Assembly: GCA_026770705.1 (NCBI GenBank)
Contig: JANJGN010000052.1
Location: 3,286,001-3,350,000 of the forward strand
DNA: 64,000 bases
Reading direction: 5' to 3'
Origin: Isurus oxyrinchus
Taxonomy: Eukaryota
A program made the translations under genes and the position numbers. How positions within the stretch are numbered: position 1 is the stretch's first letter; every line of letters starts with the position of its first letter. Under the pieces are notes generated by a model that saw only the letters and a list, made by a program, of their open reading frames with translations, did not search any database and was not told where the DNA came from. Below, one piece after another: positions 12,098-23,600 of the stretch.

Positions 12098-14170
12098 TCT
12101 TTTTTTTATTCATTCACTGACACTGGCTAGGCCAGAATTTATTGCCCATCCCTAATTGTCCTTGAGAATATGGGGGTGAGCTGCCTTCTTGAGCTGCTGC
12201 AGTCCCTGTGGTGTATGTACACCCACAGAACTGTTTGGGAGGGAGTTGCAGGATTCTGACCCAGCGACAGTGAAGGAACGGTGATATATTTGCAAGTCAG
12301 GATGGTGAGTGACTTGGAGGGGAACTTCCAGGTGGTGGTGTTCCCATGTGTCTGCTGCCCTTGTCCTTCTAGATGGTAGTGATCATGTGTTTGGAAGGTG
12401 CTGTCTAAGGAGGCTTGGTGACTCCCTGCGTTGCATCTTGTAGATGGTACACACACTGCTGCCACTGTGCGTCAGTTGTAGAGGGAGAGAATGTTTGTGG
12501 ACGGGGCACAAATCAAGCGGGGCTGCTTTGTCCTGGACGGTGTCGAGCTTCTTGAGTGTTGTTGGAGCTGGACACATCTAGGAAAGTGGAGAGTATTCCA
12601 TCACTTCTGACCTATGCCTTGAGGTTGGTGGACAGGTTTTGGGGAGTCAGGAGGTGAGTTACTCACCACAGGATTCCCAGGCTCTGGCCTGCTCTTATAG
12701 TCACAGTGTTTATATGGCTAGTACAGTTCAGTTTCTAGTCAATGGTAACCCCCAGAGTGTTGATAGTGTGGGATTCAGCAAAGGTGATGCTATTGGACAT
12801 TAAGGGGAGATGGATATATTCTCTCTGGTTGGAGATGGTCATTGCCTGGCACTTGTGTGGCATGAATGTTACTTGCCACTTGTCAGGCCAAGCCTGGATA
12901 TTGTCCAGGTCTTGCTGCATTTGGACATGGACTGCTTCAGCATCTGATGAGTCATGAATGATGTTGAACGTTGTGCAATCATCAGTGACCATCCATAATT
13001 CTGACCATCTGATAGAATGAATGTCATTGATGAAGCAGCTGAAGATGGTTGGGCCTAGGACACTACGCTGAGCAACTCCTGCAGTGATGTCCTGGAACTG
13101 AGATGACTGACCTCCAACAACCACAACCACCTTCCTTTGTACTTGGTATGAATCCAACGAGTGGAGAGTTTTCCCTGTGACATGACATGGCAGATGATGT
13201 GTGCTTGGTGCTCCAAATCCACAAGGGAAAATTGGTCATGCTATCACAATAGTTTGCAATTTGTATTTATTACAAGAAGCGTGCACTGAATTCAGGAGTA
13301 ATGAGTTGACCACAACCTTTAGAGATTTTAAAAATTTGATTAGGATATTTATTAACAAAATAAAAGATTTCAAGCACAGACATAATACCACGGTTAGTTA
13401 CAACTAAAATAAATTCTCAAATTCCTAATTAACCTGACTCCCAGTTACAGAGCCCGTTTAAGGCAACAGTCCAAAATACAATTTTAGATTAAAAACAAAA
13501 TCAGCGAGTTAACACAGCACACACTTGACACTGGAATTCTAAATGGGTTTCTCCAACTTTATTTACTGAACATAACAGACTTATGCACAAATGCCTGGAG
13601 GCTTCTTCAAGCCTGTTTCACACACTCCTGTTAGATCTTACATGGCCCCCAACATAGCCTTTCATTCTCCTTTATACATGTTTCTCTCTCTTTGATGTGT
13701 AAATTCTTTGGAACTGTACCTTTCCCATAATATAAACTTTCATGTTGCCAATATTGTCAATGAAGTTTGGGTAAAATTAAAAAAAACCCCTTAGCTTTGC
13801 TTATTGGGCTTGTCCTAAACAGACCAACATCCCTTTGAAATCTAAACAGCCCCTTCACACCTTACATGTTAACACAGCCTCCAGGTGTTCTCATTAGCAT
13901 TTCAAGTACATTTCTACATCTAGCTTCTTTTGATAATCTCAAACTTGCAGTCTACCTGACTCCAGATGTAATTAAACTACACAGACAGACCCATCTACAC
14001 TCACACCCAGAAACCTAGTTTACAACAAACCAGGAAAATATTATGCAAATTATTATACTTTCATACCACCCCTGATTCCCATTGACTCCAGTTATGCTCG
14101 GGCTCCTAGATGCCAAACTCGGTCAAATGCAGCCTTGATGTCAAAGGCAGTCACTCTCACCTCACCTTGT
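12098..14170 (-). mobile_element. CR1/L2-clade LINE 3' portion inserted in the gene B 3' flank, interrupted by a nested element at 13176-14068
   Basis: RT motifs AGV.Q.SVLGPTIFSCFIND and MQQDLDNIQAW.DKWQ; same family at 61050-62110, 45010-45480 and 22944-23300. Confidence 0.8.
13176..14068. mobile_element. Solo-LTR-like element nested in the LINE
   Basis: TG...CA ends; splits the LINE sequence GAGAGTTTTCCC|CCTGATTCCCATTGACTCC, which is contiguous at ~61390-61420; short C-rich target duplication. Confidence 0.6.
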
Positions 14171-14361
14171 ATTAACAGATGTTAAATTATACATAATTCA
14201 TAAGCTTCTCACAATCTTTTACAGCATGGAAAAAGGTGCAGCATTCAGAAAGCTCACTCAGAACAGATTTAAAAAAAAGTTGAGCAACATCATATTTGTG
14301 TTCATTACTATTTGGCCATGTTGGCTGCACACACCCCACAGCCCCACTCCCTGTTTCACAC

Positions 14362-14610
14362 TCAGTTTTTCTGGAACCTGATCTGTGCGTATTCCGTGTC
14401 CTCGCTCCTATGCACAGTCCTGTCACCGCCGGGCAGCTTTGAAAAGTTGATGTTGGCGTAGAAAAGCTCGTCGGGTTTGTCAGGGTTCCCATGTCCAACA
14501 TCGCCTCCCACTGGACCTTCAGAGAGATCCCGGAGAGCTGGGGTCTCCCCCTCACTAGTTGTGTCTCTGGTGGTGTTCCGGGGCTCAGTAATCAGCACGT
14601 TCTGTTTACC
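14362..14610 (-). CDS. Gene B terminal exon with ITIM (LFYANI) and distal ITSM/ITIM-like motif (TEYAQI)
   Basis: Acceptor ttctctgtag|GGT; GKQNVLITEP...DELFYANINFSK...EDTEYAQIRFQKN*. Arrangement mirrors the CD33-type LxYxxL + TEYSEI/V tail. Confidence 0.88.
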   Translation of the reverse strand, partial: GKQNVLITEPRNTTRDTTSEGETPALRDLSEGPVGGDVGHGNPDKPDELFYANINFSKLPGGDRTVHRSEDTEYAQIRFQKN

Positions 14611-17600
14611 CTACAGAGAAATGGAAACAGAAGACATCCTCACATCATTTACTGGCACTGATAGGGTTAAATTATTGTGCAGCCTCATTATTGTCAGTCG
14701 TGTCTCAGTGGGTTTAAGCCTTTTTTTCACTCTCTTTCTCTGTCTCTCTTTCTCTCGCTTTCTCTCTCTCTTAATAATTTAATCTCTATCGCACTCCAAC
14801 AGTGCAGCACTCCCTCAATACTGACCCTCTGACAGTGCAGCACTCCCTCAGTACTGACCCTCTGACAGTGCAGCACTCCCTCAATACTGACCCTCTGACA
14901 GTGCAGCACTACCTCAGTACTGACCCTCTGACAGTGCAGCACTCCCTCAGTACTGACCCTCTGACAGTGCAGCACTCCCTCAGTACTGACTCTCTGACAG
15001 TGCAGCACTCCCTCAGTACTGAACCTCTGAAAGTGCAGCACTCCCTCACTACTGACCCTCTGACAGTGCAGCACTCCCTCAGTACTGACCCTCTGACAGT
15101 GCAGCACTCCCTCAATACTGACCCTCTGACAGTGCAGCACTCCCTCAATACTGACCCTCTGACAGTGCAGCACTCCCTCAATACTGACCCTCTGACAGTG
15201 CAGCACTCCCTCAGTACTGACCCTCTGACAGTGCAGCACTCCCTCAGTACTGACCCTCTGACAGTGCAGCACTCCCTCAGTACTGACCCTCTGACAGTGC
15301 AGCACTCCCTCAATACTGACCCTCTGACAGTGCAGCACTCCCTCAGTACTGACCCTCTGACAGTGCAGCACTCCCTCAGCACTGACCCTCTGACAGTGCA
15401 GCACTCCCTCACTACTGACTCTCTGACAGTGCAGCACTCCCTCAGTACTGACCCTCTGACAGTGCAGCACTCCCTCAGCACTGACCCTCTGACAGTGTAG
15501 CACTCCCTCACTACTGACCCTCTGACAGTGCAGCACTCCCTCAGTACTGACCCTCTAACAGTGCAGCACTCCCTCAGTACTGACCCTCCGACAGTGCAGC
15601 ACTCCCTCAGTACTGACCCTCTGACAGTGCAGCACTCCCTCAATACTGACCCTCCGACAGTGCAGCACTCCCTCAATACTGCCCCTCTGACAGTGCAGCA
15701 CTCCCTCAGTACTGACCCTCTGACAGTGCAGCACTCCCTCAGTAGTGACCCCCTGACAGTGCAGCACTCCCTCAATACTGACCCTCTGACAGTGCAGCAC
15801 TACCTCAATACTGACCCTCTGACAGTGCAGCACACCCTCACTACTGACCCTCTGACAGTGCAGCACTCCCGGAATACTGACCCTCTGACAGTGCAGCACT
15901 CCCAAAATACTGACCGTCTGACAGTGCAGCACTCCCTCACTACTGACCCTCCGACAGTGCAGCACTCCCTCAGTACTGACTCTCTGACAGTCCAGCAATC
16001 CCTCAGTACTGACCCGCTGACAGTGCAGCAGTTCCTCAGTACTGATCATCCGACAGTGCAGCACTCCCTCAGTACTGACCCTCCGACAGTGCAGCACTCC
16101 CTCAGTAATTACACTCTGACAGTGCACAACTCCCTCAGTACTGACCCTCCAACAGTGCAGCACTCCCTCACTACTGACCCTCCGACAGTGCAGTACTCCC
16201 TCAGTACTGACCCTCTGACAGTGCAGCACTCCCTCAGTAATGACCATCTGACAGTCCCGCACTCCCTCAGTACTGACCCTCTGACAGTGCAGCACTCCCT
16301 CAGTGCTGACCCTCCGACAGTGCAGCACTCCCTCAGTACTGACACTCTGACATTGCAGCACTCCCTCAGTACTGACCCTCTGACAGTGCAGCACTCCCTC
16401 AGCACTGACCCTCTGACAGTGCAGCACTCCCTCACTACTGACCCTCTGACAGTGCAGCACTCCCTCAGTACTGACCCTCTGACAGTGCAGCACTCCCTCA
16501 CTACTGACCCTCTGACAGTGCAGCACTTCCTCAGTACTGACCCTCTGACAGTGCAGCACTCCCGCAGTACCGACCCTCCGACAGTGCAGCACTCCCTCAG
16601 TACTGACCCTCTGACAGTGCAGCACTCCCTCAATACTGACCCTCTGACAGTGCAGCACTCCCTCAATACTGACCCTCTGACAGTGCAGCACTCCCTCATT
16701 ACTGACCCTCTGACAGTGCAGCACTCCCTCAGTACTGACCCTCTGACAGTGCAGCACTCCCTCAGTACTGACCCTCTGACAGTGCAGCACTCCCGGAATA
16801 CTGACCCTCTGACAGTGCAGCACTTCCTCACTACTGATCCTCCGACAGTGCAGCACTCCCTCAGTACTGACTCTCTGACAGTCCAGCACTCCCTCAGTAC
16901 TGACCCGCTGACAGTGCAGCACTTCCTCAGTACTGATCATCCGACAGTGCAGCACTCCCTCAGTACTGACCCTCCGACAGTGCAGCACTCCCTCAGTAAT
17001 GACACTCTGACAGTGCACAACTCCCTCAGTACTGACCCTCCGACAGTGCAGCACTCCCTCACTACTGACCCTCCGACAGTGCAGTACTGCCTCAGTACTG
17101 ACCCACTGACAGTGCAGCACTCCCTCAGTAATGACCATCTGACAGTCCCGCACTCCCTCAGTACTGACCCTCTGACAGTGCAGCACTCCCTCAGTGCTGA
17201 CCCTCCGACAGTGCAACACTCCCTCAGTACTGACGCTCTGACAGTGCAACACTCCCTCAGTACTGACCCTCCGACAGTGCAGCACTCCCTCAGTACTGAT
17301 CCTCTGACAGTGCAACACACCCTCAGTACTGACCCTCCGACAGTGCAGCACTCCCTCAGTACTGACACTCTGACAGTGCAGCACTCCCTCAGTACTGACC
17401 CTCCGACAGTGCAGCACTCCCTCAGTACTGACACTCTGACATTGCAGCACTCCCTCAGTACTGACCCTCTGACAGTGTAGCACTCCCTCAGTTCTGACAT
17501 CAGGTGCCTTGTCATTAATGTGTTCAGGTTTCTGGTCAAAGAGCGAGTGATGGAGGGAGACAGAGGCTGGGAGCGAGAGACAGTGCTGACCACTGAGCCA

Positions 17601-20600
17601 TTGCTGACTTCACAGGGCGATATCTGTGTGTAACCCGGCTGAGAATCTGGTATATGTGTTGTGTACACACTGAGGTTGAAGCTTTGGAGTGAGTGTAAAC
17701 AGCTCCTGTACCTGGTGCTTCACAGAGAGTGGACTGGGGGTCAATGCAATGTCACTGGTCCCTGAAACTCTCTCCTCCATCGCTGTCTTTCTCCTGCAAT
17801 AACACAATATCACACTGTGGTTATCATATAGCAGAGAGTCAGTGCAGCACAGACACAGAGCCCACTGTAACCTTACACCAACGACTGGACTGTCTCTAGT
17901 TCCAATAAGGGGTATCAGCGTGACATCACTATAATGGAAGTGTGTCATGTGATCCAATCTTAGTTTCACTTTTGCTTTGAGCAGAGCACACACTCACAGC
18001 TCTGATGCCTTCAATCTTTATCCGTATGTATAACTGTTCTCGTGCCGAGTCTTGATAAACAAACCGACAACATTCTCACCCAAACCCTGTGAGCGATTGG
18101 TGCTTTGTTTCTTGTACAGTAAATAAGCCCAAGGTATAATATCATTATAATAACACGCCATATCTTTGACCCGCCCTCCACCCCTGCACTTCCCCCCATA
18201 GCCCTTCAAATGTTCCCCCTTCAAGTATTTATTCATTTACCCTTTTGAAAGTTCCTATTGAATCTGCTTCCAGCACCCTTTCAGGCAGCACCTTCCAGAT
18301 CACAGCAACTGATTATTATTCATCTGGATAACGGGCAATGAAAAACACTCTCTGGATCATAAGGGACAAAGAGACCAGTTACGGAGAGGCATCTGGCGCT
18401 TAACACAAGGGAAACAATCACCGACTTCAGGAAAGAACATTGAAGCAAATATCAATCCAGGAGTAATCGTGCAGAGTGAGGAATCTCTGGGTCTCGTGAT
18501 CGTTTACCTGGATACAGGACAATGAAAGGTTCTCTCCGGATCAGAGTGGACACAGGGACCACTTACAGAGAGGGACCTGGTGCTGATCCCAAGGGAAACA
18601 ATCACCGACTTAAGGAAAGAACATTGAAGCAAATGTTTATATTAAAATCAAGTTAAATCTTCAGACTTACTTTCTCACACAGATGAAGATGAAGATTCCA
18701 GCCAGGAAAACACTCAACATGATCCCAGCCGTGAACAATCCTACTGTCCATTTACTGGAGTCTCTACCTGTAAAAACAGCCATTAGTTACTGCACTACAG
18801 GTTTACAATGATGCTCCGATGTATCTCGAGAAGCGATACACTCACTCAGTGTTTAAATACTCATTCTCGGGCAATGCTGACATTTATTGTCCATCCCTAG
18901 TTTCCCCTTGAGAAGGTGGTGGGGGGTCTTCCTCCTGAACCACTGGTTTGTCCCAAACTGGGAGACCAGTTCAGAGGGCAGGTGTGAGTTAACCATGTTG
19001 GTGTCTGAGACTGGAGTCACATCCACATCGAGACATGCTTCCCTCCCTAAAGGGTATGTAGTCTCTACACATGTAACAACCAACCTCACTGAAATAATCA
19101 ACTATCAGGTCATTATCACACGGTGGTTTGCGGGATCTTGCTGTGCACAAATCAGTACCTGTGTTTCCTACATTACAAAAGTGTGCTCACTTCGATAATG
19201 CTTCATTGGCTGTTGAATGTTTAGTAATTTCTAAGCAATTTATGAATACAGGTGTTGCATTTCAAAGTAATCCATGTAACATTTATATATAATATTTATC
19301 AATTAAAGAATGAGAAGTTCAGCAATTAAAAGGGTTGTTCAGGACAGTTAGAGAGAGAAAGGTCATCAAGTACGGAGATTGGAAACGAAGACCTGACAGC
19401 CTTGTCCTCACAACCATTGAAGGAGAAACTGAGAGCAAAAACAGAAAGGGAGAGGAAAAATTGGATGTGTGGATAACGTGGACTGAGCGAGGATTGAAGA
19501 AAACTGGATTAAAAACAACACGATCCCAATGGCTCCACGGAGACCACGGAGACAACAAACAAACAAATGTATCTCCACACTCACATTCCACAGTGATGGT
19601 TATGAACCCCTCCACTGCTCCATGTTCATTCTCTGCCACACACTGATAGTCTCCAGTGTCCCTGGATGTAACGTGAGGAATCACCAACCACAGCTCATTG
19701 TTGGAACCTGTTCTGTTCATTGCGACATTAAGATGTCGCCACGTCAGGTTAGAAGCTGGGAAGCTCTCGACAGAGCAGATTATCATTGTAGAATTCCCCT
19801 CAATTATATTGATCGATGAAGCGTTAATCATATCAAGAGAAGTAAATGAGAGATTCTGTGGAGCATCTAAGAACAAATCAAGTGTTTAATGTGAGCAAGC
19901 ACAGTTTACAGCAAGACTCCATGCATTATCTCTCTGTATCTGATGTCTGTATGCATAGCCAGGTCCCTCCACTCCATATAACTTCCACTGTCAAATTTAT
20001 AATGGGCACTGCCTATGTAAACAGTCAAACTGCAGTTACATTCTCCCACCAGTAGAGGTGCTGTCCACCTAGAATGAAAGGAATTTGCTTTCACATCCTC
20101 AGGATGTCCCCAAGGGCTTGACAGGCAATGATTGTATTTGATCAATGGAGCACTGAGGGGTAAATATACAATTCTCTGTTCAGGAGGTTGCTCATCCAAT
20201 TCAGGGACTTGTTGATCTGTAGTTTACCTTCGTTCCATCCAGAATTGGAGCTGATACCGAGACTCCAGTGCAGTGAGTGCTTGTGTGTGCGTGTGGGTGT
20301 GCATTTGTGTATATGTGTTCAAATCTGAGAGAGATGTTGAATTCTGTGTACACTCACATTCCACAGTGATGGTTATGAACCCCTCCACTGCTCCATGTTC
20401 ATTCTCTGCCACACACTGATAGTCTCCAGTGTCCCTGGATGTAACGTGAGGAATCACCAACCACAGCTCATTGTTGGAACTTGTTCTGTTCATTTGGACA
20501 TTAAGATGTCGCCACGTCAGGTTAGAAGCTGGGAAGCTCTCGACAGAGCAGATTATCACTGCAGAATTCCCCTCAATTATATTGATCGATGAAACGTTAA

Positions 20601-23600
20601 TCATATCCAGAGAAGTAATTAAGAGATTCCGTGGTGTGTCTAATAATAAATAAAGATTTTAATGTGAGCAAGCATAGTGCGCAGCAAGACTCCATGCATC
20701 ATCTCTCTGTATCTGATGTTGGAATGCCTTTCCAGGTACCTTCCCTCATGAAAAATTACTGTCACATTTATAATGGGCATTTCCTATGTAAACTGTCACA
20801 CTGCAGTTGCATTCTCCCACCAGTAGAGTTGCTGTCCATCTAGAATGAAAGAAACATCGTTTAACACTCTCAAGATGCCCCCAAGGGATTGAAAGCCATT
20901 GAATTGTATTTGATTGATGGAGCACTGAGGGGTAAATCTACCATTCTCTGTTCAGGAGGTTGCTCATCCAATTCAGGGTCTTGTTGATCTGGAGTTTACC
21001 TTCCTTCAACACAGAATCGAAGCTGATACCGAGACTCCAGTGCGGCCCTGAGAGAGAAGAGGGACCTCACGCGTGTTTATGTGTATGTGTTTGTGTTTCT
21101 ACATATGTGAGTATGTTTGTGTGAGTATGCATGCATGTGTCTGTGTGTGCATGTATGTGTTTGCGCATATGTGAGTGTGTTTTTGTGTATATTTCTGTGC
21201 ATGAGTGAATGTGTGTACATGTGTATGTGTATGTGTGTGCATGTGTGAGTGTGTGTGTGTGAGTTGAGTGTGTGTATGTTTCTGTGTATATTTTTGCATG
21301 CGTATGTTTGTGTGTGTAAATGTGCATGTATGTGTCTACACGAGTGCATGTTGTGTTTTTGTGTGTGTGTGTGTGTGTCTGTGTGAGAGTGATGTTGAAG
21401 TTTGCAGTAACTCACATTCCACAGTGATGGTTATGAACCCCTCCACTGCTCCATGTTCATTCTCTGCCACACACTGATAGTCTCCAGTGGCCCTGGATGT
21501 AACGTGAGGAATCACCAACCACAGCTCATTGTTGGAACTTGTTCTGTTCATTGGGACATTAAGATGTCGCCACATCAGGTTAGAAGCTGGGAAGCTCTCG
21601 ACTGAGCAGATTATCACTGCAGAATTCCCCTCAATTATGTTGATCGATGAAGAGTTAATCATACCAAGAGAAGTAATTGAGAGATTCCGTGGTGCATCTA
21701 AAAACATAGAAAGATTTTAATGTGAGCAAATATAGTGCACAGCAAGACTTCATGCATCATCTCTCTGTATCTGATGTCTGAATGCATTTCCAGGTAACTT
21801 CCCTCATGATGAGGTCTTATGGCACATTTATAATTGACACTGCCGATGTAAACTGTCACACTGCAGTTGCATTCTCCCACCAGTAGAGGTGTTGTCCATC
21901 TAGAATGAAAGAAGCTTGCTTTCACATCCTCAGGATTTCGCAAAGGGCTGGACAGGCAATGAATTGTATTTGATCGATGGAGTACTGAGGTCTAAATCTA
22001 CATTTCTCTGTTCAGGAGGTTGCTCATCCAATTCAGGGTCTTATTGATTTGGAGTTTACCTTCTTTCAACACAGATTCGGAGATGACACTGAGACTCCAG
22101 TGCAGCACTGAGAGAGGACACGGAACTCACATGTGTGTATGTGTGTGTTTGTGTTTGTGTTTCTGCACAAGTGAGTGTGCTTGTGTGTGTATGCACACAT
22201 GTATCTGTGTGTGCGCATGCATGCGTGTCTGTGTGTCTATGTCTGTCCATGAGTGAGAGTACGTGTATGTGTGTGTCTTTGTGTGGGCATGAATATGTGT
22301 GTGTGTTTGAGATGGGTGTGTATTTTCCTGTGTATGTGTTTGTACGTGTATGACTGTCTGTGTATACTTNNNNNNNNNNNNNNNNNNNNNNNNNNNNNNN
22401 NNNNNNNNNNNNNNNNNNNNNNNNNNNNNNNNNNNNNNNNNNNNNNNNNNNNNNNNNNNNNNNNNNNNNNNNNNNNNNNNNNNNNNNNNNNNNNNNNNNN
22501 NNTAACTCACGTTCCACAGTGATGGTTATGAATCCCTCCACTGCTCCATGTTCATTCTCTGCCACACACTGATAGTCTCCAGTGTCCCTGGATGTAACGT
22601 GAGGAATCACCAACCACAGCTCATTGTTGGAACTTGTTCTGTTCATTGGGACATTAAGATGTCGCCACGTCAGGTTAGAAGCTGGGAAGCTCTCGACAGA
22701 GCAGATTATCACTGCAGAATTCCCCTCAATTATATTGATCGATGAAGCGTTAATCATATCTAGAGAAGTAATTGATGGGTTCCGTGGTGCATCTAAATAC
22801 AAATAAAGGTTTCATTGTGAGCTAACACAGTGCACAGCAAGATTCCATGATACATCTCTCTCTATTTGGTGTCTGTGTGCATTTCCAGGGTTCTTTCCTG
22901 TTTTAAGTTCCTATGTCAACTTACATAATGGTCACTGCCGGTGTTTTTCTTTTTGTACATTCATGGGAAGTGGCTGTATCTATCTAGACCAGCATTTATT
23001 ACCCATCCCTAATTGCCCTTGAGGAAGTGGTGGTGAGTTTTTCACCCCCGCAGAATTCCCAGCCTCTGACCGGCTCCTGTAGCCACAGTATTTATGGCCG
23101 GGCCAGTTAGTTGTTTGGGTAACATCCCCCAGGATGTTGATTGTGGGGGATTCAGCGATAGTGAAGTGATTGAATATCAAGGAGAGATGGTTAGATTCTC
23201 TCTTGTTGGAGATGATCACTGCCTGGTGCTTGTGTGGTGTGAACGTTACTTGTCATTTCTCAGCCCAAGCTGAGTGTTGTTGAGCTCTTGCTGCGTGTGG
23301 ATATGTAAACTGTCACGCTGTAATTACAGAGATAAAAACAAAAAAACTGCGGATGCTGGAAATCCAAAACAAAAACAGAATTACCTGGAAAAACTCAGCA
23401 GGTCTGGCAGCATCGGCGGAGAAGAAAAGAGTTGACGTTTCGAGTCTTCATGACTCTTCGACAGAACTTGAGTTCGAGTCCAAGAAAGAGTTGAAATATA
23501 AGCTGTTTTAAGGTGTGTGTGTGGGGGGCGGAGAGATAGAGAGAGAGAGAGGGGTGGAGTGGGGGTGTGGTTGTAGGGACAAACAAGCAGTGATAGAAGC

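Noticed and set aside
14798-17490. CRISPR-like array
   Set aside because: Units abut with no unique spacers, no cas genes are present, and the context is vertebrate.
14727-17668. Long ORFs (up to 650 aa) such as (TVQHSLSTDPL)n and (EGVLHCQRVST)n
   Set aside because: By-product of a stop-poor 33-bp (3n) minisatellite open on both strands; it lies in an intron of gene B.
18340-18633. ~185-bp tandem duplication near the TM exon as extra exons
   Set aside because: No convincing splice sites or frame found; the gene model is in phase without it.
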